24,243 nt of DNA from Candidatus Rifleibacteriota bacterium (GTDB taxonomy: Bacteria > Muiribacteriota > Ozemobacteria > Ozemobacterales > Ozemobacteraceae): assembly GCA_051747585.1 (NCBI GenBank), contig JBNJGH010000046.1, positions 1 through 24,243 of the forward strand. The letters are read 5' to 3'. A program made the translations under genes and the position numbers. Shown here in pieces: positions 6,415-14,561 of this stretch. Position 1 is the first letter of the stretch, and each line of letters begins with the position of its first letter. The notes under the pieces were generated by a model. The model searched no databases and was not told the DNA's origin. It saw only the letters and a list, made by a program, of their open reading frames with translations.

Positions 6415-7386
6415 TTAAGTATTACTTTTTGCTATCAATGTTGCACGTAATGGCGCAGAGTAGCCTTCAATAGTAAGTTCAGGATTTTCCGGGTCCAGAA
6501 AATGTTCGAGAGATTCCCACTGCATCCAATGGGTAGACCTCTGTTCTTTTAAAGTAGTTCGGGAAACATCTACAAGTCGGACATCAACAAACCCGGCTCT
6601 TTTCAGCCATCTGGTCAGGGCTGCGGGAGAAGGTATAAACCAGACATTACGCATTTTTGCATACCTTTGCTCCGGAACGAGAATTGTCTGTTCATCACCT
6701 TCAACTACAAGAGTCTCAAGCACCAGCTCACCTCCGGCTTTAAGCATAGATTTCATTTTTTTCAAGAAATCAAAAGGTGACTTCCGATGGTAAAGAACCC
6801 CCATGGAGAAAACAGTATCAAAACATCGCATGTCAGGAAAATTTTCGATGCCCAAAGGAAGATAGAAAGCCGGCAAACCCTGGGCGTATCGTTTCAAAGC
6901 TCTAAACTGCATCATAAATAATCGGGAAGGATCGATGCCAACAACAAACTCTGCGCCTGCTCCAAGCATTCTGAACATATGATAACCGTTCCCACAGCCA
7001 ATATCCAGGACTTTACGCCCCTTCAGGTTTGACAGAAAAGGACTTATACGATCCCATTTAATATCAGAACGCCATTCAGAGTCGATATAAATTCCAAACA
7101 GATCGAAAGGCCCCTTGCGCCAGGGTCTAAGCTTTAAGAGGCACTCTTTGAGCTTTGCAACAAACTGGTCATCGACTTCAGCCTTAAACTCAACGGCAGA
7201 CGAATTCAAATTCACCCGATTTACAGCACAATCCGGCAATTCTTCACAAGTTTCGAGCCAGCGGGGTAGATTCCCATCGGGCCTTGAAAGCACATGACAA
7301 ATTTGTTTATCTAATTCTTCACGCCATTGTTCCAGGCGATGCTTTTTCAGGGCAGCAAAAAATTTGTCAAAAGATAATTTTATCAT
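6415..7386 (-). CDS. cmoB: tRNA U34 carboxymethyltransferase CmoB
   Basis: PWRKGPF, IDSEWRSDIKWDR, LDIGCGNGYH, FSMGVLYHRKSP and RYAKMRNVWFIPS. The ATG at 7386 overlaps the cmoA stop (ATGA), giving 323 aa. Confidence 0.95.
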   Translation of the reverse strand: MIKLSFDKFFAALKKHRLEQWREELDKQICHVLSRPDGNLPRWLETCEELPDCAVNRVNLNSSAVEFKAEVDDQFVAKLKECLLKLRPWRKGPFDLFGIYIDSEWRSDIKWDRISPFLSNLKGRKVLDIGCGNGYHMFRMLGAGAEFVVGIDPSRLFMMQFRALKRYAQGLPAFYLPLGIENFPDMRCFDTVFSMGVLYHRKSPFDFLKKMKSMLKAGGELVLETLVVEGDEQTILVPEQRYAKMRNVWFIPSPAALTRWLKRAGFVDVRLVDVSRTTLKEQRSTHWMQWESLEHFLDPENPELTIEGYSAPLRATLIAKSNT

Positions 7387-8117
7387 TTTATCGCCAGCAT
7401 AGACATAAAATTGAAACATTGAAACCATTGTTCGGCACTTTTAAAACCTGTTCTAATAAGACGATCTCTATGCTCTTTAACTGATTCGGGAATCAGCACA
7501 TTTTCCAATGCGGTTCGCTTCTGGCTGATTTCCAGCTCAGAGTATCCATTGGCACGCTTAAAGGCATGATAAGTGTCTATCAACAACTCATTGACCCTGG
7601 AATCTTCAAATTTAACTTTTTCCGACAAAATCAGAACACCGCCGCTGGTCATACCGGAACAAATCTTTTTCAGCAGCGCACATCTGTATCGGGGATCAAC
7701 GAACTGCAAAGTAAAATTCAAAACCACTACCGAAGCATTAGTGATATCTATGTCGAGAATATCGCCACATATAAAATTAATTTTGTGGGCTGTATACACT
7801 TCCTCAATACCCGAATTACACCTGTTTATCATTGCCTGGGAATTATCAACAGCAATAATATTGCAACCCGGCTGCTCCAGCCCCTCGTGCATAGAAATTG
7901 CAGCAGCACCAAGAGAACAACCCAGGTCATAAAGATTGGTGTCGGATTGGGCAAATCTTCTAGTCAGGGTTGCTATCATATTGATTATCGCCCCGTATCC
8001 CGGAATAGACCTGCGCAGCATGTCAGGGAACACTTCAGCTACTTTTTCGTCGAATTTAAACTCACTCAACTTCTCGAGCTCTCTGGCAAAAATTTTATCT
8101 GTTCTGAAATTATTCAT
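7383..8117 (-). CDS. cmoA: Carboxy-S-adenosyl-L-methionine synthase CmoA
   Basis: FKFDEKVAEVFPDMLRRSIPGY, YDLGCSLGA, VLNFTLQF, NGYSELEISQKRTALENVL and WFQCFNF. Start placed at the ATG with an AGGA SD. Confidence 0.95.
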   Translation of the reverse strand: MNNFRTDKIFARELEKLSEFKFDEKVAEVFPDMLRRSIPGYGAIINMIATLTRRFAQSDTNLYDLGCSLGAAAISMHEGLEQPGCNIIAVDNSQAMINRCNSGIEEVYTAHKINFICGDILDIDITNASVVVLNFTLQFVDPRYRCALLKKICSGMTSGGVLILSEKVKFEDSRVNELLIDTYHAFKRANGYSELEISQKRTALENVLIPESVKEHRDRLIRTGFKSAEQWFQCFNFMSMLAIK

Positions 8118-8209
8118 AAATATTCCTGTATGATCAAACCCGTTATTCAAAAGGTTTTCAAAATCAGCTCTGCAAGGGGAAGGCCTGTTTGTAAAGCTTT
8201 AAATCAAAT

Positions 8210-8237
8210 TTGATTCAATAAAAAAATAGGTTATAAT
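8210..8237 (+). promoter_or_regulatory. Putative sigma70 promoter of the phosphatase gene
   Basis: TTGATT-16bp-TATAAT, about 45 bp upstream of the ATG at 8281. Confidence 0.55.
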
Positions 8238-8280
8238 AAAAACATAATAAAATAAAATAATTTGTTGAGAGGATTTAGAG

Positions 8281-9570
8281 ATGCCATCGGAAATGTTGTT
8301 TCTATTGGTAGATGAGATATTATCCAGTCGAATTCTGCTGGTAGCTAAAAATAAACATTCCCAGATTTTTATAAAAAACCTTTTAATGCACGAAGGTTTT
8401 GAATCAATTTATACCGTAGAAGACCTGGCTGAGGCTATGAAATTTTTAAAACCCTGGCTGAATGAAGATCCATCGCCCATAGATCTCATTATTTTTGAAG
8501 GGGGCAAAATGCTTCCTTCAGATATAAATGAAATTTGGAGCGCAAAAGAAACCTTCGAAATGCTGGATATTCCTCTGGTAGTAACCGGAGACAGGCGCGA
8601 CTCAGAAGAGCTTGAAGAACTTATAGAAGCTGGAGGAGTCGATTTTATTCAAAATCCCGTAGACTCCATAAGCCTGGTTCCAAGGCTTAAGACCTTGCTA
8701 AAACTACGCAATGCAAACCGAAAACTAACAAAACATCAGCATGAGCTGCAAAAACTCACGAAACAACTCGAGGAAAAAAACAGCAAAATGCAATCGATTC
8801 TTGAAGACATAAGGTTTGATCTTCAGCTCGCAGGCGAATTGCAACGAAGCTTCCTGCCAAGCCCAAACATAAAATGCAGCAGTGCTGATTTTGCCTATCA
8901 TTACAAGCCTTGCGAAACTATAGGCGGCGATCTGATAAATGTTGTGCAGGCAACAAACAGGTATTTTGTGGTTTATCTTTTAGATGTCTCCGGGCACGGG
9001 GTTTCGGCAGCCCTGCTAGCTTTTGCCATACACCGATACCTCAGTTCAGAATGGAATAGAGGGTTGATAAAAAAAGCAAACGGAAAATTGCGGTGCCCCG
9101 TCGATGTCCTGAATATCTTGAATCAGGATTTTCGTATGCACAATGAATGGTGCAAATATTTTACCATAACTTATGGAATTTATGACGCGAAATCGATGGT
9201 TTTCAGATACTGCAGAGCAGGTCAGACGCCACTTTTACTAATAAAAAGAAACCAGCCGGCAGAATTTCTAACTCAAGGATCACCACCGGTAGGCATTTCC
9301 TGCCATGCTCGATTTAAAGAATTTAAATTAAACCTGGCCCCGGGCGATCGCCTGTATCTTTATTCTGACGGTATTACCGAGGCCAGAAACGAAAAAGGTG
9401 AGTTGTTTGGGGACGAGTTATTAAAAGAACAACTTGAAAATATTAAAGAAACTTCTGCTCAAGAACAATTGAATATTTTTACCAGGTTTTTTTTCGGATG
9501 GCTCAACCAAGCCCCTCAGCGCGACGACATCGCTCTTTTAAGCATGTTCGTAAAAAATTTAAAATCCTAA
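8281..9570 (+). CDS. Atypical receiver domain, coiled coil and SpoIIE/PP2C (RsbU-like) phosphatase
   Basis: PP2C motifs IGGD, DVSGHG, YSDGITEA and RDDIAL. N-terminal receiver-like fold with degenerate active site. Confidence 0.88.
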   Translation: MPSEMLFLLVDEILSSRILLVAKNKHSQIFIKNLLMHEGFESIYTVEDLAEAMKFLKPWLNEDPSPIDLIIFEGGKMLPSDINEIWSAKETFEMLDIPLVVTGDRRDSEELEELIEAGGVDFIQNPVDSISLVPRLKTLLKLRNANRKLTKHQHELQKLTKQLEEKNSKMQSILEDIRFDLQLAGELQRSFLPSPNIKCSSADFAYHYKPCETIGGDLINVVQATNRYFVVYLLDVSGHGVSAALLAFAIHRYLSSEWNRGLIKKANGKLRCPVDVLNILNQDFRMHNEWCKYFTITYGIYDAKSMVFRYCRAGQTPLLLIKRNQPAEFLTQGSPPVGISCHARFKEFKLNLAPGDRLYLYSDGITEARNEKGELFGDELLKEQLENIKETSAQEQLNIFTRFFFGWLNQAPQRDDIALLSMFVKNLKS

Positions 9571-9725
9571 TTTTCATTTAAAATTGACTAAGTTAAAATT
9601 AAGAAAGTTGCAGCCAGCACAAGCAGCTAAGTGCCATAAAACCTAATTATACCGACACCAGAGAAGTTTTTCGTTATTCATAAGAATTAATAATTATCTT
9701 TAGCTAGGAAATGTTCCTGCATAAA

Positions 9726-9755
9726 TTGACAGAAATTACCAAAGTGTTTTATAAG
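9726..9755 (+). promoter_or_regulatory. Sigma70 promoter of the Fur-family gene
   Basis: TTGACA-18bp-TATAAG, ending 8 nt before the ATG. Confidence 0.55.
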
Positions 9756-9763
9756 TTCTTGCT

Positions 9764-10207
9764 ATGAAGACAATCAAAGAATATGTTGAAGACCTGAATC
9801 GTGTATGTCGTAAAAATGAGCTTCGCATAACTCCGCAGAGAACGGAAGTCTACAAAACTATTGTTAAGAGCAAAGACCATCCATCTGCTGAAAGTATCCT
9901 CAAAAAAGTTCGCAAAAAAATTCCGAATATCTCACATGATACTGTTTACAGAACCCTTAACTGGCTGGTCGACAACGACCTGATTTTCCAGGTAGGAGTA
10001 GTTAAAGGGGTATCCAGATATGATGGAAATCTCAAATTCCACTACCACTATGTCTGCAACAACTGCGGTATAATCGGCGATATTTTTCCGGAAAATTCCT
10101 CGAAGATTAAAATTTCAGAAATTGCACCTGAAAATTTTAATGTAAACGATGTCCGCTTAGAATTAAGAGGCACATGCAATAAATGCACGCAAAAAACCAG
10201 ACACTGA
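9764..10207 (+). CDS. Fur-family transcriptional repressor (PerR-like)
   Basis: LRITPQR, HPSAE, TVYRTL, RYDGN-HYHYVCNNCG and a C-terminal GTCNKC (two CxxC motifs). Confidence 0.92.
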   Translation: MKTIKEYVEDLNRVCRKNELRITPQRTEVYKTIVKSKDHPSAESILKKVRKKIPNISHDTVYRTLNWLVDNDLIFQVGVVKGVSRYDGNLKFHYHYVCNNCGIIGDIFPENSSKIKISEIAPENFNVNDVRLELRGTCNKCTQKTRH

Positions 10208-10373
10208 CACACAGTTTTTGGTCAAGCCTAGAAGTCTTTCTTAAAGGTAGTCCTAGCGAGTTTTAGGGTATTTTTTATCAACATTTGGAGCTTTTTTAAG
10301 TCCTTTCGTTACAAAAGTAAAAAAATCTGGATTAACTCTGTTTATTAATCAATAGCGAAAGCAATATAAAACT

Positions 10374-10554
10374 CGTCATGCCTGCGTAGGCAGGCATCCA
10401 GGGTGAGAGCAGAAATGCAGATTGCTTAACTACCTTTTTTAAACACCCAGCTTATCTTTGTTAAAAACATAAACGACAATTATTCTGGATTCCTGATCCG
10501 GTTATAACCGGTTCATTCTTCGCTGAAGCTCCGAATCACAGGCAGGAATGACGG
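10374..10554. repeat. Inverted REP-like doublet (copy 2 of the 2738 element, with a 30-bp insert)
   Basis: cgtcatgcctgcgtaggcaggcatccag (10374-10401) faces ctggattcctg...caggaatgacg (10485-10553), between convergent genes. Confidence 0.8.
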
Positions 10555-10640
10555 ATAGAAATTTGAGATTGGTTTTATTTGCCGATAAAGCAATATTAGC
10601 AGGTTTTCAAAGGCTTTAGATATTTTACTTCTAACTTTTC

Positions 10641-11423
10641 TTAGTGGCTTTGCTTTTTTGCAGCCCTTACCAAAGCAGAAAATATCCGATTTGTATGCTG
10701 TGGGCTGACCTTTTTAAGACTTTCCGGATGCCACTGAACAAAAAGACCAAAATGCCGGTCTGTTCTTTCTAAAGCTTCGACAATTCCGTCACTTGAGCGA
10801 GCGATTACCCTGAGATTTTCACCGATTTTATCGACAGCCTGGTGATGACGCGATATAACCTCAGCATCATCTTTTCCTAGAATATTGGCCAGCAAACTAC
10901 CTTTGGCTATACCTACCGGGTGAAAATTCGTGTACATCTCACCATTTCTGTGCCTGACTTTGCCGCCCACCATAGATGGAATATCCTGAATCATCGTTCC
11001 GCCATGAATAACGTTGCTCATCTGCATTCCAAGGCAGATTCCCAGAACCGGCTTTTTGCTGAGTAAAAAGGCTTTGATAAATCTTGAATCAAATTCAAAC
11101 CTGATTTGATCCAACACGTTGACACTTGGGTGACGTTCCTGCCCATAAAATTCGGGTGGAATATCTCTGCCGCCAGTAAAAACAGCAGCATCAACCATGG
11201 AAACATACTTTTTTATAATTTCATCATTGTCTGCAGGAGGCAAAATAACTGCCACGCCACCGTTATTATTAATGGCTCTAACATAGTCATAATTCAAAAT
11301 TACCTTGTCATTCTTAAATGCTGCATTCAAACCAATCAAAGGTCGCTTTGCAGCCTGTGCGCTTATAGATGCCGAAAAAACAACCACAAACAAGAAAGCT
11401 GCTAATTTTTTTAAAAGTTTCAC
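10641..11423 (-). CDS. Peptidase C26 / gamma-glutamyl-GABA hydrolase family protein with signal peptide
   Basis: RPLIG, FTGGRDI, catalytic GICLGMQ and QWHPE, HHQAVD. GTG start 5 nt after GGAGG. N-terminus MKLLKKLAAFLFVVVFSASISAQA. Confidence 0.9.
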   Translation of the reverse strand: MKLLKKLAAFLFVVVFSASISAQAAKRPLIGLNAAFKNDKVILNYDYVRAINNNGGVAVILPPADNDEIIKKYVSMVDAAVFTGGRDIPPEFYGQERHPSVNVLDQIRFEFDSRFIKAFLLSKKPVLGICLGMQMSNVIHGGTMIQDIPSMVGGKVRHRNGEMYTNFHPVGIAKGSLLANILGKDDAEVISRHHQAVDKIGENLRVIARSSDGIVEALERTDRHFGLFVQWHPESLKKVSPQHTNRIFSALVRAAKKQSH

Positions 11424-11542
11424 ATTTTCCTCCAACTAACTTTGTATGTTATAATGCCTCATCAATTTACAATTACGAGTCAACTTTTTTATTACCACAA
11501 TATTCGAAACAAAACCATAATGCAAACAGGATGTACAATAAA

Positions 11543-13141
11543 ATGCACAATGGTGAAAATCCTTTACTTTTAATCGTAGACGACACACCGAGCAATCTCC
11601 AGGTTGCCGGCGAGATACTCAGTCGACAGAATTATCGCATAGCGCTTGCGCAAAGCGGCAACGATGCAATTGCTTTTTTAAAAAGCCGTAAACCCGATCT
11701 CATTTTACTTGATATAATGATGCCTGACGTTGATGGCTTCAGAGTTTGCGAATATTTAAAAGAAAATATAGAAACGCGCTTTATACCCGTAATCTTTTTA
11801 ACCGCCAGGGCACAAATAGAAGATATAGTGAAAGGCTTTGAAATTGGTGGAGCAGATTACCTTACCAAACCTTTCAACGAAAAAGAGCTGATTGCAAGAG
11901 TTAAATCGCAGCTTGAGCTGGTAAAATTGCAAGATATGCTGCGAAGTAAAAATCGTAAACTCTTAGATGAAATCAGATTACGCAAGCAAAGAGAGCGTGA
12001 TCTGGTAGACTATGAAAAAGGCCGCCACATAAACGTACTGGTTGGCGGCATTGCTCATGAATTTAATAATCTGCTTCAGGTTATCCTTGGCTATGGAGAG
12101 CTGATCGAAAGCAATATGCCCGAAGATTCTGAAGAAAAACAATTACAGGGCGAAGTATTAAAAGCCGGCAGAAAAGCAGCCCGGATGGTTGAACAATTAA
12201 TGCTGTTTGCAGATCGTAAACCCGGCAAGAACCTTGAAAAAATTGATCTAGTCAAATTCATTAAAAATCGCACCTCGTTATTTCGTGGCATTTTTTCCGA
12301 AGATATTGAATTTGATTTCAAATTACCAAACCGTCCACTGTTTATACTAGCGGATCACACAGAATTAACTCAGATATTTATTAACCTTTTGTTGAATGCG
12401 AATGGAGCCTTGAAATCAGAAGGAAAAATCACGGTAAAAATTGATTTATACAATTCTGACAATGAGTTTTTGCAGAAATATAAGGTTGCTTTTGATTCAA
12501 GTTTTGCAATGATTGAAATTGCAGATAATGGTGTAGGCATGAGCGAGAACCAGGTTCAAAAAGTATTTGACCCCTTTGTGACTTATCAACAAGGAAATGG
12601 CATTGGTCTGGGTTTGAGTGTAGTTAAGGCTATAGTAAAGCGCTTAAACGGCATTATTGACCTTCGAAGCAATCAAAACGATGGCACTGTCTGCCGTATT
12701 TATCTTCCCGATGCCAGTGAAGAAGCAAATACAAGCCCATATTTCAAACCCTCTGAAAAACTAAGCCCTGAGCCTATAGGAAAGGGCGAAACAATTCTTC
12801 TCGCCGAGGATGAAGAAACTGTTTTGAGTCTTGAGAGACGTATACTCGAAAAAGAAGGGTTCAAGATTATAGAAGCCAGAGATGGCAATCAGGCTCTGGA
12901 TTATTTCAGTAAAAATTTAGACTCAATCAGCCTTGTTTTAGTTGATATAGGCTTACCTGGTAAAAGCGGCATTGAAGTCGGCAAAGAAATACACAAAATT
13001 TCTTTAAACACACCGGTGGTTTACTGCACTGCCTATTCAGACAAAGGTTTTGAAGATATTGCCGATAATGGCCTGATTCTTCAAAAGCCTTTTAAGCGCA
13101 ACGAAATTGTAAGCCTTATAAAAGAAGCACTTCCAGAATAA
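11543..13141 (+). CDS. Cytoplasmic hybrid histidine kinase (REC-HisKA-HATPase-REC)
   Basis: LIVDD/LDIMMP/TKP, then GGIAHEFNNLL, DNGVGM and GIGLGLS, then LLAEDE/VDIGLP/QKP. Start is uncertain (ATG at 11531 or 11543). Confidence 0.9.
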   Translation: MHNGENPLLLIVDDTPSNLQVAGEILSRQNYRIALAQSGNDAIAFLKSRKPDLILLDIMMPDVDGFRVCEYLKENIETRFIPVIFLTARAQIEDIVKGFEIGGADYLTKPFNEKELIARVKSQLELVKLQDMLRSKNRKLLDEIRLRKQRERDLVDYEKGRHINVLVGGIAHEFNNLLQVILGYGELIESNMPEDSEEKQLQGEVLKAGRKAARMVEQLMLFADRKPGKNLEKIDLVKFIKNRTSLFRGIFSEDIEFDFKLPNRPLFILADHTELTQIFINLLLNANGALKSEGKITVKIDLYNSDNEFLQKYKVAFDSSFAMIEIADNGVGMSENQVQKVFDPFVTYQQGNGIGLGLSVVKAIVKRLNGIIDLRSNQNDGTVCRIYLPDASEEANTSPYFKPSEKLSPEPIGKGETILLAEDEETVLSLERRILEKEGFKIIEARDGNQALDYFSKNLDSISLVLVDIGLPGKSGIEVGKEIHKISLNTPVVYCTAYSDKGFEDIADNGLILQKPFKRNEIVSLIKEALPE

Positions 13142-13176
13142 AAAAAAGACCGTCTCTTGATGCGACAGCCTTTTTT
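13140..13176 (-). terminator. Intrinsic terminator between convergent genes
   Basis: Minus strand GGCTGTC-loop-GACGGTC (fully paired using G-U) followed by a T run, with A/T runs on both sides. Confidence 0.65.
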
Positions 13177-13201
13177 AAGAGGGTAGAGAAAATTTATGAG
13201 G

Positions 13202-13450
13202 TTATTTAAAAAACATTCTTTGCGGCATCTGGTTTGAATAAGCTTCATCAGTTTTTTCGGATTCCGTTTCCCGGCCGAAGCACATTGAAAAACCTGCTGA
13301 TGAGCTATCATTGTAAGGAGCATAAAGAGAAACAATATAATGCATTACTGTCTTAGAACTTATTCTGTCTTGGGAAAAAGCCAGACCAGATACCAATAAT
13401 AAACATATTGCCATTACAATTCCGAAAGTTCTTTTCTTTGACATTTTCAT
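13202..13450 (-). CDS. Small exported hypothetical protein (82 aa)
   Basis: GGAG SD 6 nt before ATG, signal-peptide-like MKMSKKRTFGIVMAICLLLVSGLAFS, flanked by a sigma54 promoter and a terminator. Confidence 0.7.
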   Translation of the reverse strand: MKMSKKRTFGIVMAICLLLVSGLAFSQDRISSKTVMHYIVSLYAPYNDSSSAGFSMCFGRETESEKTDEAYSNQMPQRMFFK

Positions 13451-13491
13451 TATCAACTCCAGTGTATTTTTTATGCTCAATAATATTTATT

Positions 13492-13508
13492 AGCACAAAG
13501 CGTGCCAA
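13492..13508 (-). promoter_or_regulatory. Sigma54 (-24/-12) promoter
   Basis: TTGGCACGCTTTGTGCT, near-consensus with exact GG-N10-GC spacing. Confidence 0.8.
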
Positions 13509-13652
13509 CTGAATTTATTTTTTTTACTTCTATAAAAATTGCGACTATAACTGAAACAAAGCCCACAAAAGAGGTACACCAAAGCCCCATTTAAAAGTGG
13601 GAAAACTTTACATAGCTGATTTTTCTTCACTCTGGTGCTGAATTTTCGGCAA

Positions 13653-14558
13653 TTACAATTTGCAGCCCTGATATAAGCCCTGGTCACGCATATACCCAAG
13701 CAAGCGTCTTCTGATAGCTTGTTCATCAAAACCCTGCCACCGCGGCGCAATCAAAAACTTTACCGGCACACGATTTACAAGGCGCTCAACTACAATATTC
13801 GATCTAAGATATGAAATAAAATCAGAAAGCACCTCAATATATCTGTTCGGGTACAGCAGATTAAAATAAGAGCTTTTTTCTTCAAAAAGCTTTGCATAAA
13901 AAGATCCCTTAACAATCTGTAAATGATGCAATTTAATATAGCTCAAGCCGATATCAGAAAGCATAAGGGCAGTATGAGCATAGTTTTGCAAATCCTCATG
14001 GGGTAAACCAACAACCATATGCCCACAAACATCTATATCTTTGTCTTTAAGCATTCTAATCGCGTTAAAACTATCTTTTACTCTATGGCAACGGTTAGCT
14101 TTTTCAAGCACCAGATCATTACAGGACTCGATACCCAGTTCCATTCTTAAAAAAGCTTGAGAATTAATTTTTCTCAGCAAATTAATAACGGGCTCAGCAA
14201 GGCAATCAGGCCTGGTAGCTATAACCAGGCCTTCAATTTGCTCATGATTCAAAGCTTCGAAATATAGTTTTTCAAGCTTTTCAACCGAATCATAGGTACA
14301 TGAATAGTTCTGAAAATATGCCAGAAAACCATTGCAGTTATATTTTTTTGAAAAAAAAGCAATACCTTCATTGATCTGTCTAGAGATTGAATTCCGAGCA
14401 TTACAGTAAAACGGGCTGAAACTTTTGCCAGAGCAAAAATAACAACCTTCTTTTGCCAGTTTTCCATCGCGATTGGGGCAGGTGAATCCTGCATCTAAGG
14501 GAATTTTTTGCAAACGCCGACCATCAATGGTGTTTTTGAAGTTTATAATTTCAGGCAT
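13653..14558 (-). CDS. TIGR01212-family radical SAM protein (YhcC/YtqA-like)
   Basis: DAGFTCPNRDG...GCYFC, AYFQNYSCTY, IATRPDCL, ELGIES and IKLHHLQIVKG. Confidence 0.9.
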   Translation of the reverse strand: MPEIINFKNTIDGRRLQKIPLDAGFTCPNRDGKLAKEGCYFCSGKSFSPFYCNARNSISRQINEGIAFFSKKYNCNGFLAYFQNYSCTYDSVEKLEKLYFEALNHEQIEGLVIATRPDCLAEPVINLLRKINSQAFLRMELGIESCNDLVLEKANRCHRVKDSFNAIRMLKDKDIDVCGHMVVGLPHEDLQNYAHTALMLSDIGLSYIKLHHLQIVKGSFYAKLFEEKSSYFNLLYPNRYIEVLSDFISYLRSNIVVERLVNRVPVKFLIAPRWQGFDEQAIRRRLLGYMRDQGLYQGCKL

Positions 14559-14561
14559 TTA

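Noticed and set aside
7387..7428. Longer cmoB start from the ORF track
   Set aside because: It overlaps cmoA by 46 bp. The ATG at 7386 gives a canonical ATGA coupling.
7566..8213. 215-aa plus-strand ORF
   Set aside because: Antisense shadow of the well-supported cmoA, with no recognisable motifs.
11369..11530. N-terminal extension of the hybrid kinase
   Set aside because: It overlaps the divergent C26 gene start and the intergenic region. The receiver domain begins only after about 11543.
13490..13750. 86-aa minus-strand ORF
   Set aside because: It overlaps the radical SAM 3' end out of frame and runs through the sigma54 promoter.
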